From NCBI GenBank assembly GCA_951406725.2, contig OX597826.1:1-64000 (forward strand): a stretch of DNA of 64,000 nucleotides, read 5' to 3'. Both the position numbers and the translations under genes were made by a program. The notes beneath the pieces are model-generated. The model saw nothing but the letters and a program-made list of their open reading frames with translations, did not search any database and was not told the DNA's origin. This stretch comes from Octopus vulgaris (lineage: Eukaryota). Positions 52,569 through 64,000 of the stretch are shown here, one piece after another. Every line of letters starts with the position of its first letter. Position 1 is the stretch's first letter.

Positions 52569-52956
52569 GTAAATATATCTCAGTGGGGGGTTGCCTGCTT
52601 ACCAACCACACGGTTCCTGGTGCAGTCCCACCGCGTGGCAGCTTAGACAAGTGATTTCTTCTATCGTCCCGGGTCGACTAAATCCTTATGATTTAATTTC
52701 GTATCGGAAACTGAAAAAAGCCCGTCGTACACAAGTGTATATATGTATACGATTGTGTGCCTCTATTTGTCCCTACTACCATCAGAAAACTACATAAACA
52801 CCTAACCCTGCTTCAAGCCAATAGCTTCTACGAAAAAATAAACAACTACAGTCAATCAAATATAATGACCAAACGATTTTCTCTTATCTATCGGTTCCAA
52901 CTAGATTTAACAAAAAAATTAGTCAAATTACTTGACTAGATCTGACTGCATATGTA

Positions 52957-53006
<50 letters not shown>

Positions 53007-53038
53007 TGCATATAATATACGTAGTTATATACATGTAT

Positions 53039-53069
<31 letters not shown>

Positions 53070-53306
53070 GGGGGTGGGACGAATAGCTTATGACGAAACC
53101 ATGGTATGCTTTGCTTTCTGACTTTTAATCATCTCATAATAATGACTTTTATTACTACCTCATCCCATCTAAAAGTATATATCTGTCGTTACCTTTCATA
53201 AAAAGCTTTTTCTTTTTTATTTACAATGTGCATTTTCGTTGATTTTTTCTTATTCTCCCCTTAAACTTTCACGTGTATTTTATATTTTCCTTTTGTAACA
53301 TATTTC

Positions 53307-53392
<86 letters not shown>

Positions 53393-53393
<1 letters not shown>

Positions 53394-54020
53394 TTATGGC
53401 TGCCCCCTCATCATCGAGTATGGCCATTGCACGAAGCTTAACTGTTACTGGCGGTGTGATCGAATGTGACTTTTTAGCCCAGTCTTGTACAGAATTGGCA
53501 ACTAAAACCTTTACCGGTAATAGCCGGCTGTAGTTGTAACTGGGCTTCATGTACATGTGCATGTCGTTTAAGTCCTCCTGCCGAATTACACTCTCTTTTG
53601 CATGCCCGACAGATATTATTAGTATGGTGTGTTACACCACCACCAGTGGCCAGGTTGTCACTCATCTGTCTCGCTTTATGACTACGAAGATGACTCTTGA
53701 GTCCAGCTTTTCTGAGGCAGTGTCTTGCACAGACACTGCATGTCAGCATCATAGGAAGACCCTTCCCATCTGGAAGTGTAACAGCGATGCGCTTCCTGAC
53801 ATCCCTCCTTACTTTCTTATGTGCCACTCGAGATTTCTCAAAAGTGGCTGTCCCCTCGTGTACAATCCTTCTCCACCAGCCACGATCAATAACTATGCCT
53901 TCCCATGTGTCAGGAGAGATGCAAGCATCTCTTAAGGAAGCCTTCAGCAAGTCCTTATACCTCTTTTTTGGTTTATGTGGAGGTCGTTCTCCTTTAGCTA
54001 TCTCTCCATAAAAGAGTTGT
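53393..54020 (-). mobile_element. 3' end of an RTE-clade LINE with C-terminal C2H2 zinc fingers
   Basis: LLYGE...RPPHKPKKRYKD.LK.SL...WE....DRGWWR followed by CSVC..GLKSHLRSH, CRAC..GLKRHAHVH and CQFC. Confidence 0.78.
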
Positions 54021-54034
54021 TGAAATCACCTATA

Positions 54035-55140
54035 AGTTGAAATCACCGATAAGAAATATGGTCACGTGGTGTTCCAGATTCATGAGGATTTCTTTAATTA
54101 TTGTGAGGCAATCTTCAAACTTGCCTGTGTGATTTGGGGCATCCGGTGGGCAATATGTATTGCATATGGCTATATTATGTTGTCTTATGTATACAATTAA
54201 AGTGTCTCATACCGAATTTGAGTATGTCATTAAGACCTGGGGTGTGAGGTCATCTCGGATGTATACAGCAACTCCACCATGGCTCCTTTCCTTTCTGTCT
54301 GTTCGCAGTATGGCATAGTTTGGTATGTGTACTTCTGTGTCCTCTATATCAGGGTTGAGGTGAGTTTCCACAAGTGCTATGCATAGGGCTTGATTGCATG
54401 CAGTAAGATCTCTCACGAAAGAAATTTTGTTTCTATTTTGATGCAACAGGTCCCCAATATTTAGTAAAAGTATTGGGGTGACGGCTGTGCAGGCGTTAGG
54501 GGAGGCCATCCCGTGTCTGTTGACTGTGGTGGTCTTGCATAGTGGTGGGCAGGGTTCCTTCTCTGTGCTTGGTGTAGCCAGGTTAGCTGCCGGACAATTC
54601 TTTGCGCCATGCACAAAAAAGACTCTTGCTCAGCTGCTGAGTTGCGCAAAACATCTGAGGAGCGCACTTCGTTTTTGAAAGTTTTCCTGGGAGACATTTT
54701 TTGTGTTCCCTCGGTAAAGCTTTTCTCTTTGAGTCCCCTGAAGTTCTGGTGGGGTGTCGGGTGGGTGAACCGGCAGTTTTTGCCGTCCTCATCATGCCAA
54801 CATTTGCCCCGCAGGTAGAATTCTCTGGTTCATCGGTGCCTTTCAGATTTCTTCTTTCCAGAAGTGTACTGGGGGGCATTGGATCCTCCATGGGGTTCTC
54901 TGCTGTTTGTGTGGTGGGTTGGGGTTTCAGCTTTGGTTGTTTTGCCTTTTCCTCCTTTTCCCTCCTTATTTTTGTTTTCGGTCCTTCCTTTTTTCTTCTG
55001 TTTTTCTAATTTTTCATTTCTTTGTAGGACCATTGGTACAGGGGGGCTTCCGGTTTCTGCTCCCTTGGCTCTCCTATCCTTCACTACCTGGTCGTTCACC
55101 GGGGTAGGTGATCCATTTTCCTGAGGAACCCCTGGAACAC
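54035..55140 (-). mobile_element. CR1-type LINE fragment: basic ORF1 C-terminus plus endonuclease N-terminus
   Basis: LLLNIGDL...ALVETHL...IPNYAILRTDRKERSHGGVAVYI; upstream Lys-rich frame ending in a hydrophobic FLCMAQRI segment. Confidence 0.75.
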
Positions 55141-55145
55141 AGGGG

Positions 55146-55247
<102 letters not shown>

Positions 55248-55408
55248 GGGGGGGGGGTGTATTCCGTCTATCAAATTCACTCACAAGCATTTGGTCGGGA
55301 CAAGGCTATAGTAGAAGACACATACCCAACACGCCACGCAGTGGACTGAACCCAGAACACTGCGGTTCGTTTGCAAGCTACTTATCACACAGCCACCTCT
55401 ACACCTAT

Positions 55409-55443
<35 letters not shown>

Positions 55444-56739
55444 CGGGGGGAGTAGCATGCCTACCAGCCACACGGTTCCAGGTGCAGTCCCACTGCGTGG
55501 CGCCTTAGACAAGTGTTTTCTTCTATCGTCTTGGGCCGACTAAATCTTTCGAAGTCCACAGTAACGTCTGTGGACTTCCGAAAATCCACAAAAGTGAGGC
55601 CATAAACGAAGCCTGTAACAAGTCAACTTCTATAGTCATAGATATTCCACACCCGAGAGTTCTCCAAATGAAACCAATTATGACCGATCCAGGTACGTAG
55701 ATACGGGGTCATTGTGTACTTAGCACCTGCAGATAGAATATCAGCCCCCTCCACGCCAGTATGAGAATTTGTTTTATCCACTTGTGAAATAATACGTTGT
55801 CACCATATGAGAAAAATATGTGCAATATTTTAAGTCGCTAAAGATCCAATAAATTGTGATTTCTTTTGATTTAGTAGTTAGTGATCTGCAAATGTGGGTA
55901 TCTTAGAGATGCTTAAAGTGTTTGTTGTAGCTGTAATTGTCGCACACACACAAAAAAATAAAAACACAGTCGCTCACACACACGTACACACAGAAATAAA
56001 AACATTCACACAAACACAAACACTGAAATGAAAATACCAACACACACTTTCACACACACAAATAAAAACAGTCCCACGCACACAAACACTGAAAAAAAAT
56101 TCTCACACATACACACACTCACATACGCACAAACACACACACAGAAATGAAAATACACAGCTACATATTCACACAAACACGCGGACAAACACTGAAATGA
56201 AAACAGTTACATACCTACACATGCACAAACACACAGACACACACAAATAGAAATGAAAAATACACAGTTACACATCCAAACTCTCACACACTCACACACA
56301 CACACACACACACACAGAAATGAAAATAGTAACACACAAACATACGCACCCACACACAGAAATGAAAACACAGTTACACACTCACACATAAAACCCTAAC
56401 CTTAACTAGCACAAACATACAAGTTATTCAGAATGTAAATGGGCATTGGGTGCTTTGCACTCGCAGTTAGAATATCAGCCCCCTCCACACCATTATGAGA
56501 ATTTCTTTCATCCACTTGTGAAATTAATACATTGTAGACACATGGGAAAAATTTGAGCAACATCTGAAGTCACTAAAGGTGCAATAAATTGAACTTATTT
56601 TGATTTAGTAGTTAGTGATCTCAAATGTGGGTATCTTAGCAATGGTCAAAGTGTTTGTTGTAGTTGTAAGTGTCGCACACACACAAACAAATAGAAACAC
56701 TCAGTCGCTCACACACTCGCGCACACAGAAATAAAAACA

Positions 56740-56776
<37 letters not shown>

Positions 56777-57167
56777 AAATGAAAATACCCACACTCACAT
56801 AAATAAAAATAGTCCCACACACACAAGGATCCCCAATAGGTATATCAAAAAAGTTTCTAGTATTTTTCCTAGCCCATAATTTATGATAATTGAAGTTCTT
56901 ACAATAAATAAATACCTACTAAATCAGTATATCGAACATTACGTCCCCGTAACTTATCGGTTCTGCAAAAGAGACCTATACATTAAGTAATAGGCATACA
57001 AAGAATAATTCCTGGGGTTGATTTGCTTGACTAAAGGCGGTGCTCCACTATGGTCACAGTGAAATAACAGAAAGAGTCTAACAGCGACAAAGTGTATATT
57101 ACGATAACTACAAAGTATCTTCTACAGTTACTTCACTTGAATATTATAATTTAACAATAATAAAATT

Positions 57168-57603
57168 ATAATTAAATCTCAGAATGAGATTGAAACAGTA
57201 ATCGCTCGATAATGTAAAGTATAGAAGCCATCTTATCATGGCTAACCACATTGGGGAGGGGGTGTTACTGTAGCTTTATAGCCCCAAGAGATCTTCGTCT
57301 CTAGCTGGCCTTAGACACAATATCAGTGTCCTTGGAGTATTTGCAAAGGGAGGCCATCCCTTCCTCGCAAGCCTGAGTGATACGCTCGAACTAGTTTCGG
57401 GATTGTTGTCCCTCGTCAACGGGCGGTAACCACCAGGTAGCGATGAAAGTGAAGGCTGCTTTGCAAACATATATAAGTTTTTCTAATGGCGTCTGCCACT
57501 GATGTCGAAAAACGAACAGTAAGCATAATTAAATCTCAGAATGAGATTGAAACAGTAATCGCTCGATAATGTAAAGTATAGAAGCCATCTTATCATGGCT
57601 AAC
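57168..57603 (-). mobile_element. Non-coding retrozyme / Penelope-pLTR-like element B (357-bp monomer plus 79-bp identical terminal direct repeat)
   Basis: Direct repeat 57168-57246 / 57525-57603; motif-for-motif homology to element A with a different start point; contains a hammerhead. Confidence 0.8.
57372..57437 (-). ncRNA. Minimal type-I hammerhead ribozyme (U3.G8 core variant)
   Basis: Minus strand reads CCUGGUGG-UUAC-CGCCCG UUGACGA GGGA-CAACAA-UCCC GAAA CUAG UU^ CGAGCG-UA-UCACUCAGG; palindromic ACUAGU; one C-A mismatch in stem I; GUU triplet. Confidence 0.78.
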
Positions 57604-58088
57604 TCGTAGCTATTTATGTTTTACACATGTTGACCTTAAAACCGTGACATTCTGTGTCTGTTTGCGCGCGCATTTCTGTGAGAATGATTGCTCACGAACC
57701 GCAATGTGCTGAGTTCAAACCAACAGCGTTGCACCTTCGGCAAGTGTATTCAACTATAGCCTAGGCCAAGGGCCGACCAAAGTATTCTGAATGGAGTTGG
57801 TAGAGGGAAACTGAAAGAAGCCCGTCGTATATGTGAATATCGGCGTAGGAATGGCTACGTTGTAAGTAGTGTGCTTGCGAACCACATGGTTTCGGGTTCA
57901 TTCCCACTGCCTGTAATCTTCTGCAATTGTCTACTATTGTTGCCCAGGGCCGAGCTAATCCTTGCGATTGGATTTAGTGGAAGGAAACTGAAAGAATCCC
58001 GTCGTATATATGTTTAAATGTGTGTGTGTCTGTGTATGTTTGTTCGCACTCGAAGGGCACACGAGAATGCACGCACGTACTATCACAC

Positions 58089-59047
58089 ATAAGAATAGCT
58101 TGGGCAAAGTACAGAGAGCTCTTACCTCTGCTGGTGACAAAAGGCCTCTCGCTCAGAGTAAAAGGCAGACTGCATGACGCGTGTGTACGAACAGCCATGC
58201 TACATGGCAGTGAAACATGGGCCGTGACTGCTGAGGATATGCGTAAGCTCGCAAGAAATGAAGCCAGTATGCTCCGATGGATGTGTAATGTCAGTGTTCA
58301 TAATCGACAGAGTGTAAGTACTTTGAGAGAAAAGTTGGACCTAAGAAGCATCAGATGTGGTGTGCAAGAGAGACGTTTGCGCTGGTATGGACATGTGGCG
58401 AGAATGGATGAAGATAGTTGTGTGAAAAAGTGCCACACCCTAGCGGTTGAGGGAACCTGTGGAAGAGGCAGACCCAGGAAAACCTGGGACGAGGTGGTGA
58501 AGAACGACCTTCGAATTTTAGGTCTCACCGAGGAAATGACTAGAGACCGAGACCTCTGGAAGTATGCTGTGCGTGAGAAGACCCGGCAGGACAAGTGAGA
58601 CCATAACCGTATGTAGCCAGTCCACTTATGCATACCTTCCCTTCTTGGGACACAAAACTCTACTTGTGAAGACCTGTTGAGGCAAGTGAAAATCAGAATC
58701 GAAATCGATCAATGGAAATTGCAGTTGAGTTATCAGTGCCGGTGGCACGTAAGAGAACCATCCGAACGTGGCTGTTGCCAGCGCCGCCCCGACTGGCCTC
58801 GTGCCGGTGGCACATAAAAAGCACCATCCGATCGTGGCCGTTTGCCAGACTCGTCTGGCACCTGTGCCGGTGGCACGTAAAAAGTACCCACTACACCCAT
58901 GGAGTGGTTGGCGTTAGGAAGGGCATCCAGCTGTAGAAACATTGCCAGATCAAACTGGGCCTGGTGCAGCCTTCTGGCTTCCCAGACCCCAGTTGAACCG
59001 TCCAACCCATGCTAGCATGGAAAGCGGACGCTAAACGATGATGATGA

Positions 59048-59050
<3 letters not shown>
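58089..59050 (+). mobile_element. 3' fragment of an RTE-clade LINE with (TGA)n tail
   Basis: RIAWAKYRELLPLL...MLHGSETW...RRLRWYGHVARM...RGRPRKTW; 3' UTR with three GTGCCGGTGGCAC repeats. Confidence 0.9.
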
Positions 59051-59090
<40 letters not shown>

Positions 59091-59117
59091 GGATATACAT
59101 GTATTAATGGATATATG

Positions 59118-59164
<47 letters not shown>

Positions 59165-60008
59165 TTGAGCACCGTCTTTAGTCAAGCAAAAGGACTTATT
59201 CTTTGGAAGCTTAGTACCTATTCTAACTTTTTCTATTTTGCCGAACCGTTACGTTACGTATGTGTGGAGTGTGCTCAAACACGCACAAACACTCATACGT
59301 CCGAACACACACACAGATACATGCAAAGATGCACACTTGTAGGTATTTATGCTTTAAATATGTTGACCTTAAAACCGTGACATTCTGAAGAAATTGTGTG
59401 TGTGTGTGTGAGTGAGTGTTTGCAAGTGCGTTTTCATTTCTAGGTGTGTGAGTTTGTAAATGTGTTTTCATTTCTGTGTGTGAGTGTGTATGACTAATAA
59501 AAATAAGAAATAAGTGGAAATGTTTACCCTTGAGTGTGTTAAATAATAAGGCACTAAACGAGAATGACTCTCCCCAGACACAACAGAATATGCTTCAACA
59601 CACGAACTCATATAAAGAATCTTGCAAACCAAATCCAAAAACGAAATATAGTGTTTATTCAGTTGACAAATTTAAGGGAGATAACTGGAAAATGTCTTCT
59701 AGAGTTACTTCCCTTGAATATTATACGAAAGACTTGTTTCATTCTTTTGACTGTGCCCATGCTTGAGCAACACATTTTATCGAGCAAATCGACCCCAGGA
59801 CTTATTCTTTGGAAGCTTAATATTTATTCTATCGGTCTCCTTTACCGAACCGCTAAGTTTTGGTGACGTATACACACCTGCATTGGTTATCAAGATGTAC
59901 TGTGAATGATGATTAACAACAGAAGAACGAATTACATGATGCTTTCCGTGGTTATATTTTTCCTATGGTAGTAGGAGATGAGACATGATCGCACAAGGCA
60001 TTAACCTT

Positions 60009-63000
60009 AGCCCTCATCCCTGCTTTTCTATGCTAAACCCGATATAAAACAGTGATCTACACTCGAAATAAACCTGTTCAATTTCTACCCTCCTCATCAC
60101 CCCAAATCCTAACCCCCAGTTCAAACTTTGATCTCTTACCTGACTATTCTCTCTAAAAACCCTTCACAAACCCCCAAGCTGACCCTAATATAGACTAAAC
60201 TCTGAAAACCAATCCTAACAGCAAACCCACACCAAAATAAGAAAAACCACTTACCTTTGGCCATTTGGGATCTATAATACAAGGCATGATATGCAAACAA
60301 CAAGCAAAATATCAACCAACATTTGAAAGTCAAGTTTTATCTATGTGTCGAATCATGAAATACACTTGTTTAATAAATACAGTTGTCCTTACATTTACAC
60401 AGTACATTGCTTCCACAAGTCATCAAACTAATCATTCAAATGCGAAATCAATTGTTTTTATTTATAAATAGAAACAAATTAATTATTGAAATTAATATAA
60501 GAAATACAATTAACGTGTATGTGTGTCATCATCATTTAACATTCGTTTTTCATGTTGTCATGGGTTGGACTATTTCACACTATCTGAGATGAATTACTAC
60601 ACGCACATTTAATGTCTGTTTTCACATGGTTTCTATGTCTGAGAAAAGTTTTGGTAACACTAACACAAGTAAAATTAATAAGTAAATTTCAAGGATGAGT
60701 GGATTGCTAGTAGTGAGAGAGGTGGCTTCATCATAACCTGTAGTATAATAGAGAGACAGACAGAGGTGTGTTGCTGTAGAGAAAGTACATGGCTACCCTG
60801 CATATATGTATGTATATAGGTAGACATCGATTAGAGCGCTTTCTCATTGCTAATATGTTAACATATGCTTGATGTGTGCTTTAAAAATAAAGTGCTCGCA
60901 CTGGCACTAATTTCTTCAGATGATGAAAATCACGGAGAGGATCATAGCCCAACTAATTAGGAAAAGACTTAATCTAGATGAGATGCAATTTGGTTTTGTA
61001 TCAGGAAGAAACACCAGTCATGATATATTTCTGGTAAGAAACCCCCAGGAGAAGTACCTAACCAAGTATAAACCTCTGTACTTGACTTTTGTTGGTATCA
61101 TAATCATTCAGGTAATAACAGATGAATATAAAACAGGCAGACCCTAGCAACTCCTCTATGCTGATTACAGGATTACAACTAAACACACATATATTACAAT
61201 TTATTACATTACATTCAATTCACCATATATTATTCATTTTATTATCCATCATCTTTCCCTTCACATTTCAGGTATACTGAAGACCCTTTATTCATTGCTT
61301 CAGACTGCGTAAAATATTGGTGAAAGCAAACAGTTGTCAGACTTATTTATGACAAAAAGCGAGTCAGTATGACCAACGTACCCTGTCCTGCACCTGATTG
61401 TGCCATGAGTTGGCCTGTAAACAATCCATGGGAGAGAGTACTGACAAGCCTCATAGATCATCTGCAAAGATGACACAGAATGTATGCACCTGCCACTTAC
61501 AACAAATACAACCTCCTCCTCCAACTACACTACCATTCCCAGCCACTGAGGAAAAACGTTTTCGCCTGAGGAAGTAGCTGCTACAATACTACAGCTCCAG
61601 CACATTCAACATCTGCAACCATCGGCAATTCTCCAAGATGTCTGACCAACCGATCCGCTTAATGCTAAACCAGTCGCCCACCATACGCCCATACCAGTCC
61701 TGGTTCATTGGCAAGAGGAAGTAAAAGCAGGTCTCGACCGGAACGTTCCACTTGGAGTTATAAAGCCTATCCCCATTGGTACATCTGTCACTTGGTGACA
61801 GACAATGGTGGTATGTCCTAACAGGTCTGGAAAACTATCTTAAAGGAGCATCGAATGGCACACAGGCACTTAACACTGCCCTATCAGCTATGAGCTGACA
61901 TTGTACCTTCTTCCACAATTGGGGAGAATCACCGCCATTGCATTTCCCCATGACAACTGCCGCGCCAAAGTCGGTATTGAGACAATAAAGTGCCTCGTTA
62001 CAGACAACACAGACACCAATGGCTTCCTTAACACTGACAGTTTCCAGTGCACAATGCTACAATAAAGAAATACACTTGACCGGGGGACACACTTGTCCCC
62101 AGCCATGTGCATCTTTGGCAGCCCTATACAATACTTTATTCCCATCCATCCCGGCAAGTACAAGCTACATTCCACATGGCATGAAACTATGACTTATTGA
62201 AAAGAAGACCTGCGTAAACACAACATGAATGCTACTGAACGGTTGTCAAAACACACATGCTCACTTATTTCGAACTATGTCCTAATCCAGAGCCAAGTTT
62301 GACCCAATCCTACAAATGGCGGGGGGGGGGGACTGGTGCCATTTCGATGTACGTCATTTCGATCCGTACATGTTGAGAGTGGATGGATCAGGCCGAGTAA
62401 CACTGTGCAACAAAATTCCTCTGGAAGTATCTACTGCTTCTTCCCCACGCCCCACTGCTCATGGTGTCTGAACCACCTGCGTTCTTCACGCCAACACCAG
62501 TGATGAGACTACCTTCTCAACCGACTTTAACAGCACCTCATGCAGCTGCAACACCAATGCCCACTTCACGACTCCAAAATTACCATGACCAGAAATGCAT
62601 CTCACCGCCTACCCACAGAGCCACACCAACAAGTGGTCATACCCCAACACCCCTTGAAACCCCTGCTTTCCAAAAGTGATCCTTGCCTGATGCAGTTTAT
62701 CCTCCATCCAGCAATTGTCCTGTTTGTCGCTCTGCCAGACTCGCAAAGACTGGCACAAAAGTCTGACGCACAACTGACACGTTGCTCCTTGATCGTCACA
62801 CCGTCAATATTGATTAAGGGTCTTTTGCACAAATTTTTATTTTCGTTAATCATTTAATACATATTATTAGTCTTCTTTGCTTCTTTCAAAGGAATTGGGG
62901 AGGGCATAGAGGATGACAACTGAACACTCATATATTATCATTTATTACATTACATTCAATTAGCCATACATTATTCGTTTCATTATCCAAATATTTTCCT

Positions 63001-64000
63001 TCACGTTTCAGGTATGCCGAGGACCTTTGTTTTCATTGCTTCAATCTGTGTACATAAAGTGTTTGTGAAAGCAAAGAGTTTTCACACTTATTTACTAATG
63101 AGCTTCTTCTTATAGCTAAATCACTACCAGAACTAGAATAAATTTTGCGTACGGAAGCAAGGTCTAGAATTGAAAGGTCACAGAATTAACCTACCCAACC
63201 CTAACCCAAAGTCTTAGTAAGTAGGAAACCAGATAAATCGTAAAGCCCTTCAGGTACATGGCCATCCTCAATATGAAGGAAACAGGTAGGTAGATGTACT
63301 CTGTATAACACATAATAGGTGTAGCAATATGAGAGGAAGGTAAACTGGGAAAATATTTTTTGTATGTGGAAGGTGCATAATGTACAGTAAAAACTAAAAA
63401 TGCACAGAAAATGGGCTTCATCAAATGCCAGAGGAGTACGTTAGAGATCGTTGAGCAACAAAGTCAGTAGCAGAAGTGGATGAACCAAGAGTGTAGATGC
63501 AAGAATAAAAATAGGCTGAGCAAATTCAGAGAGCTCCTTCCTCTGTTTGGTAACTAAGGGTCTCTCCTTCAGAGTGAAAGCCAGATTTATTATACCTGTG
63601 CAGACAACTATGCTACATGGCAGGAGAAGTAAACATAAGAAGGCATTGGACAAGGTGGTAATGCATGATCTTTGACTGTTGAAACTTATAAAGGCAATGA
63701 CTAATGACCGACACCTTTCATGACATGCCGTGCCTTAGAAGACAATATTATTGTAATTAATTTTCCATCAATTAATTTTTTTCACAACCCCTGCCCACAA
63801 CACTGATGGAGTGCTTCATATTAAGAAGAACATCCAGCCATAGAAACAATGACAAATCAGACTGGAGTCTGCTGCAGACCCTCAGCTTACCAGCCCTGAT
63901 GAAACTGTCCAACACATGCCAGCATGGATAATGGACATTAAGTGATGATGATGATGATGATGATGACAATTCTTTTTGTAAAACTTTTGCGTTTTATGCT
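60009..64000 (+). repeat. Segmental duplication copy 2 including the RTE and Gypsy relics; runs off the window end
   Basis: Collinear near-identity with 16605-20582 with small indels. Confidence 0.95.

Larger units (their letters stand above)
55560..58088 (+). repeat. Subtelomeric duplicon copy 5, carrying hammerhead element B and an adjacent ~1-kb deletion
   Basis: Collinear with 4815-6270 and then 7255-7738. Confidence 0.85.

Noticed and set aside
54701-55124. Hydrophobic plus-strand ORFs resembling membrane proteins
   Set aside because: Antisense of the Lys-rich LINE ORF1 region

Overview
Eukaryotic chromosome or contig end, very probably from an octopod cephalopod (inferred from the tRNA-derived SINE family and the dense (TA)n/(CA)n landscape). 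It begins with about 1.1 kb of (CCTGG)n that grades into degenerate C-strand telomere repeat (CCCTAA)n. The rest is a repeat-saturated subtelomere: multi-copy ~4.5-kb duplicons, a ~4-kb segmental duplication, a ~7.9-kb 87-bp satellite and a 121-bp minisatellite. Transposon relics include CR1 and RTE LINEs, Penelope RT and GIY-YIG fragments, Gypsy, mariner, Tc1, Merlin, HINE/MITE-like elements and SINEs. No intact host protein-coding gene is evident, although a heat-shock element plus CRE and good splice signals suggest one minus-strand transcription unit (27.6 to 20.6 kb). The most notable signal is a pair of diverged ~360-bp non-coding elements (14197-14646 and 57168-57603). Each is one monomer plus a terminal direct repeat, with different circular permutation, and each carries a covarying minimal type-I hammerhead ribozyme with an unusual U3 core (UUGAUAA / UUGACGA). 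Both sit at the same position of paralogous subtelomeric repeats, consistent with a retrozyme or Penelope-mobilised circular-RNA family. All calls come from manual reading; no database search or folding program was run.
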